A stretch of DNA of 64,000 nt from Tubulanus polymorphus (taxonomy: Eukaryota > Animalia > Nemertea), in contig NC_134025.1 in NCBI RefSeq assembly GCF_964204645.1, positions 4,402,001 through 4,466,000 on the forward strand, read 5' to 3'. The notes beneath the pieces are model-generated. The model had not been told where the DNA came from, made no database searches, and was given only the letters and a program-made list of their open reading frames with translations. Positions 12,645 through 23,200 of this stretch are shown here, piece by piece. The translations under genes were made by a program, and so were the position numbers. Each line of letters begins with the position of its first letter. Positions within the stretch are counted from its first letter, which is position 1.

Positions 12645-12882
12645 AGGGGCTGATCCAGCATTTTTTAAGGAGTGGGGGTCGAGGGGGTACGGTGGTGCTC
12701 TGCTGGTCATCCCGAGAAATCTTAAAAACTTAGTCCCATTTTCATGAATTGTAAGCGTTTTTAGGCGCTACTTGATCATCTCATACATTTAAGATGTAGG
12801 CCTAACATGTCTACTTTGAAAAGTAGTTTTCCAAGTGGGAGGGGTTCTCGAGGACCCAAAGAAAACCCCTGCATTTAACCCT
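12645..12882. mobile_element. Degenerate CAGGGG...CCCTG non-autonomous element within the transposon
   Basis: Ends CAGGGGCTGATCCAGC ... GCATTTAACCCTG with G-rich internal tracts resemble common invertebrate hAT-like MITEs; diverged. Confidence 0.4.
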
Positions 12883-13020
12883 GAATAGGCTACATACCTG
12901 TTCGTTAGTCCGTTAATGTATACACCACCACCATCGACAACGATATGTATTATCACGTATACCTAGATCCGACTCGTAACAACAAAATCGAAGGGAGACG
13001 AATCGGATTTTCAAAGAAAG

Positions 13021-14310
13021 TTCGACGTTTTTCGCTGTTTGGCGGGGGGCGCCAAAACGAAAGTTCGTTTTGGCGGGGGCGCCAAAATGAAAGTTCGTTT
13101 TGGCGGGGGCGCCAAAACGGAATATTCTCCGTTTTGGCGCGCCAAAACGAACTTTTAGAGAAATTTCGACGTTTTTCGTTGTTTTGGCGGGGGCGCCAAA
13201 ACGAAAGTTCGTTTTGGCGGGGGCGCCAAAATGAAAGTTCGTTTTGGCGGGGGCGCCAAAACGGAATATTCTCCGTTTTGGCGCGCCAAAACGAACTTTT
13301 AGAGAAATTTCGACGTTTTTCGTTGTTTTGGCGGGGGCGCCAAAACGAAAGTTCGTTTTGGCGGGGGCGCCAAAATGAAAGTTCGTTTTGGCGGGGGCGC
13401 CAAAACGGAATATTCTCCGTTTTGGCGCGCCAAAACGAACTTTTAGAGAAATTTCGACGTTTTTCGTTGTTTTGGCGGGGGCGCCAAAACGAAAGTTCGT
13501 TTTGGCGGGGGCGCCAAAATGAAAGTTCGTTTTGGCGGGGGCGCCAAAACGGAATATTCTCCGTTTTGGCGCGCCAAAACGAACTTTTAGAGAAATTTCG
13601 ACGTTTTTCGTTGTTTTGGCGGGGGCGCCAAAACGAAAGTTCGTTTTGGCGGGGGCGCCAAAATGAAAGTTCGTTTTGGCGGGGGCGCCAAAACGGAATT
13701 TTCTTTGTTTTGGCGCGCCAAAACGAACTTTTAGAGAAATTTCGACGTTTTTCGTTGTTTTGGCGGGGGCGCCAAAACGAAAGTTCGTTTTGGCGGGGGC
13801 GCCAAAATGAAAGTTCGTTTTGGCGGGGGCGCCAAAACGGAATATTCTCCGTTTTGGCGCGCCAAAACGAACTTTTAGAGAAATTTCGACGTTTTTCGTT
13901 GTTTTGGCGGGGGCGCCAAAACGAAAGTTCGTTTTGGCGGGGGCGCCAAAATGAAAGTTCGTTTTGGCGGGGGCGCCAAAACGGAATTTTCTTCGTTTTG
14001 GCGCGCCAAAACGAACTTTTAGAGAAATTTCGACGTTTTTCGTTGTTTTGGCGGGGGCGCCAAAACGAAAGTTCGTTTTGGCGGGGGCGCCAAAATGAAA
14101 GTTCGTTTTGGCGGGGGCGCCAAAACGGAATATTCTCCGTTTTGGCGCGCCAAAACGAACTTTTAGAGAAATTTCGACGTTTTTCGTTGTTTTGGCGGGG
14201 GCGCCAAAACGAAAGTTCGTTTTGGCGGGGGCGCCAAAATGAAAGTTCGTTTTGGCGGGGGCGCCAAAACGGAATTTTCTTTGTTTTGGCGCGCCAAAAC
14301 GAACTTTCAG
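13021..14310 (-). repeat. Right TIR tandem array: about 9 copies of the same 144-bp unit, inverted
   Basis: Reverse complement of the left-array unit; nine repeats visible in the sequence and in the 12913..14364 ORF translation. Confidence 0.97.
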
Positions 14311-14674
14311 AGAAAATTGGACGTTTTTTTTCGTTTTGGCGTTCTGGCGTTCTGGCGCCCTCATTTACATACCAGGAATTTTACGCTATGGCCCTTATCA
14401 GCCACCATAAATATGTCATATGTCATGTAGTTTCATGCAAACATAACAAACCTAAGCCTAATTAATAGGCCTAAGCGATGCCAGAACAGAATGGAGCAAC
14501 TTTGATCATTTTAGCGTGCCAGCGGATGGATGGAGTGATCTGAGAAAAAGCTTAGCGAGGATTTGTAGTGTTTGTGTCGATCAGCAGCAGATCAGGCGAG
14601 AAGACTTGTCATCAATGTCACATTCTTCTTGTTCTCCTTCTTTTAGTGGGTTGTGAAATAAAAATCATTCATAC

Positions 14675-14800
14675 CTGCTTTGGAACTGATTTCAATCCTA
14701 TATGCCCTTCCTTCAAACTTTCACCTCCATAAACGGTTCGTATACCCTTTTGTTGAAGTGAAATGCACGTAAATCAAACACTGCACTAAAATATTCTTGA
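14675..14800 (-). other. Putative non-coding first exon of the left-hand gene, head-to-head with NOP58
   Basis: Strong donor CAG|GTATGA at 14675/14674, about 630 bp from the NOP58 ATG. The coding exon at 2353 starts with an acceptor and needs an upstream exon. The 5' boundary is approximate. Confidence 0.45.
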
Positions 14801-15265
14801 ACCAGGAAGTAAAATACTGGCTTTAGGTCATATAGACGTGTGAAACTATACGCGGTGGTCGCTAATATCCGGATTCGGCATCACACTGCATAAACACATA
14901 AATATGTAAACTGATGAAGTTCAAAAATGATTTCATACCATCGAAATTGATAAACATCACTGTTATTTTACACGCATCTGTACTTTAATTTTTGCGGGAT
15001 TAATGGTTTTAACTAACATTGATTTTCGTTTGTAATGTTCTCAACAATCGGCCCTCAGGTTTTACGAATGTAACAACAATTTTTCAATACACTTTTCCAA
15101 TAATCAACCATCATTTCACTTATGTTCCATATTTTTCATTTAGAAAATTAAAATTTCGTTTTCAAAATAATTCTGGAATTGTTTTTATTGGGAAAATGAT
15201 ATGTTTTACTAAGAATATTCATTTAGTTAACTTTTAAATCGACGCAACATTCTGAATCCAAGGCC

Positions 15266-15271
15266 CACGTG
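15266..15271 (+). promoter_or_regulatory. E-box CACGTG about 40 bp upstream of the NOP58 start codon (candidate Myc/Max site)
   Basis: Exact CACGTG; ribosome-biogenesis genes are established Myc targets. Confidence 0.4.
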
Positions 15272-15307
15272 TTGTTTCCAAACTAGAGTTTATAAATCAG
15301 AATTGAA

Positions 15308-18300
15308 ATGTTGGTTTTATTTGAAACTGCGGCCGGTTATGCCGTATTTAAGGTAAATCGTTATCGTTTAATATCTGAAGTAGCAATTACAATATGCGTT
15401 ATCATTAATAGTCCATTCTTTTTCACTAAATATGTGTTGTAGCCTGACTATTCTCTCAATTCTCAAATTCAATTCAAATTAATTTCGTGTATCGTATGGT
15501 TAAACAGTTTGTTTTCATATGATTTCAGCTACTCGATGAAAAAAAATTACAAGAAACAGAGAACTTGTATTTAGATTTTGAATCTCCAGAGAAAGCTAAT
15601 AAAGTGTAAGTTGCTGAAGGTAGATCGATTGACTTATATTGCGGCCTTTTTTTGTGATATGCTCTTTAGTCTTTGTAGATTGAATTAACTATGTCTTTGT
15701 CTTTGTGAAGTGTTATAGTTTACCATTTAAAGTAATTAGCATATATATGAGCTAACAGTCTTATGCTATTTTCATTTTAGAGTCAAATTAAAGCATTTCT
15801 CAAAATTCAATGATACCACAGAAGCACTTGCAGGTATTTCAATTTAATCCTTAATCAGTGAAATGAAATGGATGATATCTGTAATTAATCGATCACAAAC
15901 ATATCTTTTCAGCTGTCACTGCTGCAGTTGAAGGTAAAATGGGAAAATGCTTAAAAAAATTACTGAAAAAGGTTGTAGCCCAAGAAGCGCAAGAGAAACT
16001 TCTAGTATCGGATTCTAAATTAGGTGGTTTAATAAAGGTAGGTTAATTCTCAAGAATAGCCAATTAAGTGACTGGAAGACTGATATTAATCTCGGTATTT
16101 AGACTTAACAAGTAAAAACCCACAGTTGATATCAAAGCGTTTATTGTCTGACAGTTTCGGAGTTTTGAATAAGAAATGCCTTATTTCTAACCAACAATAC
16201 CTCGGTGATTTTGTAGGAAAAGCTAGACATGCAGTGTGTTAGCAATTCTGCTGTCCATGAATTGATGAGAGGTATAAGGTCACAAGTTAACAGCCTAATT
16301 ACTGGTCTAGGAGAAAAAGAATTATCTGCAATGTCTCTAGGTCTTGCCCACAGGTAGGCTTACTTCACGTATGATAAATGGTGCGAATTAGCCTCATCAT
16401 TATAATTTTCCATGTACAGTAGTTCAATTTGAATGATAGAGGTCTGCAGCTCTAGGAGGTGCTAAGTAAACAGTAATTAATGCAAGATATTTGTTTCAGT
16501 CTTTCGCGTTATAAATTAAAGTTCAGCCCTGACAAAGTGGATACTATGATCGTGCAAGCTATTTGTAAGTGTGTCTTCAAATGTAGTTACAATATTCTTA
16601 AGTAACCACTGAATTTCAATTGTTTTATCAATGAATTCCATCTTATTTCTACTCGATCTTCAGCATTACTCGACGATTTGGACAAAGAATTAAACAATTA
16701 CGCCATGAGAGCCCGTGAATGGTATGGTTGGCACTTTCCAGAAATGGGAAAGATAGTTTCAGATAATTTAGCTTTCGCTAAATGTGTTAAAAAGATGGGT
16801 AAGTAGTAAAGTAAATATTTTGAGGTATTATATAAAACAATTGATACTAATGTTGGTGTCGAATGTTTTGAATACCACTGGAGACGATAACAATTTAGTA
16901 TTTGTTGTTTTTAGGAAGTCGAATAAACTGTGCAGAGACTGATTTTTCATCAATTTTACCCGAGGAGGTCGAAAGTGAAGTCAAAGAAGCTGCGGAAATA
17001 TCAATGGGAACTGAAGTATCAGAGGAAGATATCGAAAATATCACTTACTTATGTGATCAGGTGAATTGTCACGGCTTTAAATGTTATCTGTATTTATAAT
17101 ATATCATTGTGAGTTTTACGGTATATGTTTATTGATTCAATCTCTGTTAACAGGTAATTGAAATCACAGATTATAGAGCTCAGTTATACGATTATCTAAA
17201 AAATCGAATGGTTGCAATTGCTCCGAATCTTACTGTACTCGTCGGTGAACTTGTCGGTGCTAGACTCATTTCACATGCAGGTAATACTCGTACTCTATTT
17301 ATTTCGCATTTCATATTCGATGTTTATCAAATTTTTAAAACCAATGATTTGATAACTATCTTTGCTTCAGGCTCTTTAATGAACTTGGCTAAACATCCAG
17401 CATCCACAGTTCAGATTCTCGGCGCCGAGAAAGCTTTATTCCGTGCGTTGAAAACGAAGCACGATACTCCCAAATATGGTTTGATCTACCACGCTTCAAT
17501 GGTTGGCACAACTAGTGCCAAGAATAAGGGAAAAGTAAGTAATTTTCGACTGGTAGTCATTATATGTCTTTGACTTATTGGCATCGTGTGCATTTAGCTT
17601 ATGTTTGCCCATTGTTTTGTTTGAAGATGTCACGTATGTTGGCCGCCAAATCTTCACTAGCTATTCGAGTAGATGCTTTAGGAGAAGATGTCGGAACTGA
17701 CCTCGGTATGGAACATAGAGCAAAGTTAGAAGCGAGAATGCGTATGCTAGAAGAAGGCGGGGTAAGTTAATGATATAAAGTTGAAGCTAGTAAAAGGCAA
17801 TACGCTAGAAGATTAATTTGGTTCCCTTTGATGTAAAGGAAATCTGAAATTATCAAACAACTATTTCAATTCGTTTACATATATATTTGTTCATAGGCCA
17901 AAAAGATCAGCGGTACCGGTAAACAAAAGGCAAAATGGGAAAAATATGTAGGTAAGGGCAATGTTGAGACTTATAATGCGGGCGCTGACTCAACTTTACC
18001 CAGTATACCGAAAAAACGTAAACTTGATGAGGAAGAAGATACTAAACATGTGCCAAACGGTGATTCTCCAGCAAAGAAAAAAATCAAAACTGAATCTGAA
18101 GAAGCCACTGAAGGTATGTAAAATGAATAAAAGAAAAAAAAACGACAAAATTCAAATGGAGACTGAATAATGATGATAATTTTTCAGCACCATCTTCGGA
18201 AAAGAAGAAAAAGAAAAAGAAGATTAAAACTGAGGCTGATACTACCTTGGATAGTACTATGGAAGGTATGTTTAGTAATTTCCGTCAAATAGTATGGTTT

Positions 18301-18602
18301 CCTATGTAGCGGTACTTCGAGACATTGAATTTCTTAATCCCTTTTATGACAATGATTGGCACTTCTATTCACAGCTGATACATCTGTTTCTGAGTCAAAG
18401 CCGAAGAAAAAAAAGAAGAAAGAAAAGGATGCTGACTCGACATTAGATACGACGCAGGAAGATGGTAAGTGTAGAAATGAGCTGAAGATATTTTGCTCTC
18501 GACCCTGCATTCCCCAAAAACTGAGCAATATTCTAACGATCTTCCACTTCAGCTACTCCGAGCAGTGAGAAGAAAAAGAAAAAGAAGAAAGATAAGAAAT
18601 AA
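15308..18602 (+). CDS. NOP58: Nucleolar protein 58 (box C/D snoRNP core), 15 exons
   Basis: Starts [15 protein letters not shown]|LLDEKKLQ. Conserved [93 protein letters not shown], and a lysine-rich tail ending at TAA 18600-18602. Approximate exons 15308-15352, 15529-15605, 15781-15832, 15913-16037, 16217-16353, 16500-16564, 16663-16798, 16915-17060, 17154-17280, 17371-17533, 17627-17761, 17897-18113, 18188-18265, 18374-18463, 18553-18602. Confidence 0.96.
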
Positions 18603-19716
18603 AGATGGAATCAAATTAGTGAATGATAATGAGTGTGATAGCATCAGTAAATGCTTCCAGAGTCATGAAAGATAATGAATGCATATATGTATGGAGTGAT
18701 GTAACAGATTGGCATTTATTAAATACTGTATATACATGTACCTTAAACCCAGTGAAATTGTCTTGTGGGTATCTAGGTAATATTATTTAGTGAAGAGGTG
18801 ATGGATGATTCTTGAAAAGCTTAACCTGATGCCCTGAAAGCAAAGATTGAAGTACATTAATGATTTTAATGATGTCTTATTTTCATATTTTAGTATAATT
18901 GATTATGATCAGTTCTTAAATCTTCATGCAATCCTACATAGTATAAAATCAGTGAGCACGTGTAATATTATTAGCACTCGATATGCCATTTATAGTTTTA
19001 GTAACTAATATTGAAGTTATTTTAAGAGAGATGTGTTAATTGACGTGAAACTGATTTTAGAAGAGCTTGCGATCATGCAACAATTCGTAACCAGGGTTGC
19101 TCGATGCGATGATTACTACTACATGAAATATTTTGTTACATTATACTTTGTGCTAATTGATATCATGATTTAATTGTAAATACCATTAAATTCTATTCCG
19201 TAATGAAAGAATTTATCATTTCTCAAATAAACACAACATAAATGAATGTTTTAGTATGCTCGAGGTCAATTCTTCACATCAGTCGTACAGGTCAGATATA
19301 GGGGAATTGCTGACAATTCGAAGGATGCAATGCTGTAACCCTGCCGTGCACATTAGTTGGTGCAGAGTGAAGGCTGCTGAAGTCCATATCCATTGATTTC
19401 TCTTACCCTAGGAACAGGTCGGAAATTGCAGATAAAAGAGCGGCTTAACTTCGTGTTTTTGTTTTAAACGGGCGCTTAATCTACTAAATTATGATACTAC
19501 ATGTATGAATCCATCCTAAATTTTAAATGATATTTCCGCCATATCTCTAGGTAATATTCTATTTTAGCATAATTAATTTATATAAGCTTTACCGGAATAA
19601 GAGGTGTGTCGGGCTGGTCATAGGCCTACGCTAGTATTCATCCAAGGTCAATCTGTGGTGTAAATACAAGATGATTCTTTTTCATTTAATGTTCCATTCC
19701 GTTCATCAACTTAGTA

Positions 19717-19875
19717 CATAGTGGAACCTCTTTACAACGATTCATCAGATATAACAAATATAGAATTTTGTCCCAAGTAAGACAATTTGATTTATTTCAT
19801 ACTGGATATAACAAACTTTTGCTTAATGAACATATTTTCTGGTGCCATAAAGTTCGCTGTAACAAGGTTCCACTG
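19717..19875. mobile_element. pogo/Tc1-type MITE, second copy
   Basis: AGTGGAACCTCTTTACAAC ... GTAACAAGGTTCCACTG-TA; the interior is the reverse complement of 8836-9009. Confidence 0.7.
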
Positions 19876-20520
19876 TATACTTTAGCAAAAGGATAAGAGA
19901 ATTTAGAAAAAAAAACTTCATTGAACTCATAAAATACATAATTACCATGTTAGAAAATGGTTGCATGGTAGTGCATTTTTATTTACATAATTTACATTTA
20001 CAACGTAACTATAAATTCAATTACTCAGCAATGGATCACTAACAGAGATATTGCCATCACACACAGCCATAAACATTTGTTCCGAATATTCTGACATTTC
20101 AGATATGTCAAATACCGATACTGAAATATTTTCAGAGAGCCATGTCACTCGGGGCCCTTAGCTCTATACATGTATATTTAGTTGTCCAGCAGCAGTAAGT
20201 CTTTGTATCATTCACAGAAAACAGTTCATTTTCTTTAGCTACCATCAGTATCCATTTGCTTTTTATAGTTATCTTCATCTCCTTTGATGGCATCACGGAC
20301 CCTCTGTCGGCTTTTCATGATTTGCACTCTATTTGAAATAACTTGATTTCGCGCCAGGATAAAACCATATAAGCCGCATCCAAATATTAATGACCTGAAA
20401 AATGTATTTTTACATCTTTTTACAATAATATTAATAATTTTTTTAACAGTTTCACCGAGAGAAACATCCCAAAAAATCGATTTCAGATAATAAAAATAGA
20501 TATTAGACTACTATCTATTA

Positions 20521-20741
20521 GGCTAAACAAAAATGATACCTTGTTTCTCCGCAGCGGCTGGGTCATTTTTGTAAAATATGATAAAATTTATAAACAGTTC
20601 ATTTCTATAGCGGCCGGGTCTTTTATGGTGAAATTGATCACGATTTTAAAAAAGAGTAATGTATAGGGTAGATAGGCGGCCGGCCGGGTCAACATTTAAG
20701 CTCAGCAGAGCGGAGAAACAAGGTATCAATTTTTTTTTGCC
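20521..20741. mobile_element. PIF/Harbinger-type MITE
   Basis: TTA TSD; TIR GGC...TGATACCTTGTTTCTCCGC / GCGGAGAAACAAGGTATCA...GCC; internal GCGGCCGGGTC repeats. Confidence 0.7.
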
Positions 20742-21787
20742 TTAATTGTATTTTTTAGCAGAATGAATCCATTACTAGTATATGCCATATGTAGTCAGTA
20801 ACCTGGTGGCTGATCGGATATTTCACAAACCACATGGTATAAGCCCATCCGATTATAAAAAGCTTACAACCAACGATTAGGTAACTAACAACTGCCTTTG
20901 CCTTTGCCTTTCTTTGGCACTCTGCTCTGGCTGGCAAAATGGCATGGCATACACACCATCATTTTGAATATAAAATCATCTACGTTACTACTCCTCACAT
21001 ATTTCTAAAAGCATCCATACAAAATATCCAAATGGTACCTACCAACAAGCGCCTATTTTGAAAGTTTTGCTCAGACGCATAATCGCTTTTCGAGAGATAC
21101 GATATAATTAAATTCAATAAACTTTATTACTCATTTCAGAGACAGACATAAGACATACGATTAAAGTCATACGATTACATTTTATCGTGGTATAGGACGA
21201 ACAAATACAAATACAAAAGTTTATTACTCTCTTAATTGCTTGACCGTCCTCTGGCGCCACCTCGAAGCATTTCGATATTCAAATGTTCAATCGTGGCATG
21301 ATAACTACAAAAATATTAACTTATTCATAAAAAGCATTTTATTCAACTACAAGTATTTTTCTTTAAAATATTGATGAATACCTAATGAACTATTTCGATT
21401 GTCACTATAGTCAACTAATCCAGTTGAGCATCGTGACTGGCCTCGACTCTGGTCGAGCACCCGTCCACACCCGTAAGGAAATCTTTCCGGCACCTCACTT
21501 TATTGAAGTCATACCTTTATAAACGTCTCCTGGCTCGAACCTAGGCCTATCCCAATTGATATATGTACCGGTTTTAAGTTTTTTTAGGCAGGTGATATTT
21601 TTGCCTATGCGGCCCTATGAAAAGGTGCCACAAGCGCTACACCTAAAGGTTTGCAAATCAGTTGCACAACTCATCTATATAACATGCATAAAATACGAGA
21701 ACGAACGCTGTTGATAGTGACATCCTGTTTTATCTCGTCACCGTGATTACAGCTAGGGAACATCACTCTTGAAATCTTCGAAAAGCC

Positions 21788-22663
21788 ATGGACATCAATA
21801 GAAACCCGCAACCACCGTTACCAGCATCGCATCTACGATTGTTACTGAGAAGCGGTATTTTTGCTCGCTCCATAAACATTATTTTCAAATCTGTTTCACT
21901 TTACCTGTGATAGGCGTTTGTCTCAATATTGTTTAGTATTTTCGTCTTTCGTAGAATGTCTGACAGCCGGCAAGCTATACACCTTTTTATCCTCATTGCA
22001 CTATCGGATATCATCTATCTTACTAATACATTCTTAGACGGTCCATTTCGTCACCTAATCTTTAGAGCGATCTACGTAGATATGTTATCTCATCGATACG
22101 AGCTGTTTCCAATCTGGAACTGGCTCCGAATTGCTTCCTACAAGTCTTCGGTAACAATTCGAAATTAGCTGATAGTTCTCACAGCAGTTATTAGATGTCT
22201 TTACATTCTGTTTCCGTTGTGGTCACGACGCTATATTGATAGGAAACGGGTTCATATTTCTACAGCCATAATCATAATGATATCAGCGGCTCTTTACGTC
22301 AATCGTTATTACGCATAGGCTCGAGAAAATGTCGAGGTGGTACCACTCCAATTTTCCAGAAAAACTATTCAATGGTCATTGGATATTAACAAAGATGAAG
22401 ACGCTTCCGCAAAACAAGCAAAAGCGACGCAATTAGTTTTAATCACGACATCTGTTTATTTAGTATGTGAATTACCGACCATCATCTCGATAGTATATAA
22501 CTATTTGCGCGCAGGTTGGGACCATGTGCTGCTCAAGTCTATATTTGCTTTTACCGATAACCTAACACCGATCGACTCGGCCATTAATTGCTTAATTTAT
22601 CTGATCGCTAGTAGCTCCTTTCGGTCAACGGTCAAAATATTATGCAGGAAATATGTTACCTAA
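21788..22663 (+). pseudogene. Intronless class A GPCR pseudogene (FMRFamide/peptide-receptor-like)
   Basis: TM1 VIGVCLNI with a frameshift near 21930; TM2 LIALSD; TM3 RN*LIVLTAVIRCLYILFP (TAG at 22166); second TAG at 22316; ECL2/TM5 apparently deleted; TM6 YLVCELP; TM7 DSAINCLIYLIASSSFR. The 5' end is approximate. Confidence 0.8.
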
Positions 22664-22987
22664 TTCGCAACATTTCTATCACTCGGCTTAGTGCGTATAT
22701 CTTGAAATGGTTGATTTTCATGGAACGCAGGCGCATGTAATATTCTTTTACGCAATATCAACGAACAAAGGGAGTCTGAGATCCTGGTGAGACAGTTTCA
22801 CACATATTTTCACAAGTTTCACATCATGTCATTTACTGGATGTTTCTATACCATTATCTCATCGAAGTGCTCTCCGTGCTCAGCTCGCAAAGGTAACGAT
22901 TTGGAGATGCTGCGCTGACACTGCGACGAGGGGCGTAGGCATTCATACAGGCAAAATCTTGCATAATATATGAATTAATTTTTTGAC

Positions 22988-23200
22988 GCCGTAAAACCGT
23001 CACAATAATATTTTTGATACCCGGTACTTAACTAGGTACCAATAGTACGCGTTATTGGGGTTCTGTGTGAGTCGATGTGCACTACGCTATCAATATTGGC
23101 GTTTCATACAATTAAGTGAATTTTGGCGTTTATTTTGTAATTATTTCATAACTCCTATTTTTATTTTTGATGAATTTCAATAATTATTCTTGAGGAGCAC
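22988..23200. repeat. Dispersed repeat; second copy at about 50069-50290
   Basis: Shared GGGTTCTGTGT(G/T)AGTCGATGTGC(A/C)CTAC...CAATATTGGCGTTTCA and flanking blocks. Confidence 0.7.

Larger units (their letters stand above)
4522..14409 (+). mobile_element. Complete IS3EU-like DDE DNA transposon (9,888 bp) with long TIRs, encoding a transposase and a SAM-HECT E3 ligase
   Basis: TSD AATATG at 4516-4521 and 14410-14415. Termini TATGGTGGC...GCCACCATA. TIRs are perfectly identical for about 270 bp and then continue as 144-bp arrays. Two inward-facing spliced genes. TAY..RTA ends, a 6-bp TSD and two proteins match my recollection of the Repbase IS3EU superfamily. Confidence 0.92.

Noticed and set aside
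4522-14409. Polinton/Maverick, or a bacterial IS3 contaminant
   Set aside because: The 6-bp TSD and long TIRs fit Polintons, but there is no pPolB, ATPase or capsid gene and no AG..CT ends. Spliceosomal introns in both genes exclude a bacterial IS.
12913-14465. Long ORFs of 483 and 506 aa (and 379 aa at 4514-5653)
   Set aside because: By-products of a stop-free 144-bp repeat; open on both strands and crossing the element boundary.
15606-16499. Intronic snoRNAs in NOP58, as in vertebrates
   Set aside because: I could not find convincing C/D or H/ACA boxes with terminal stems by eye; needs snoscan or Infernal.
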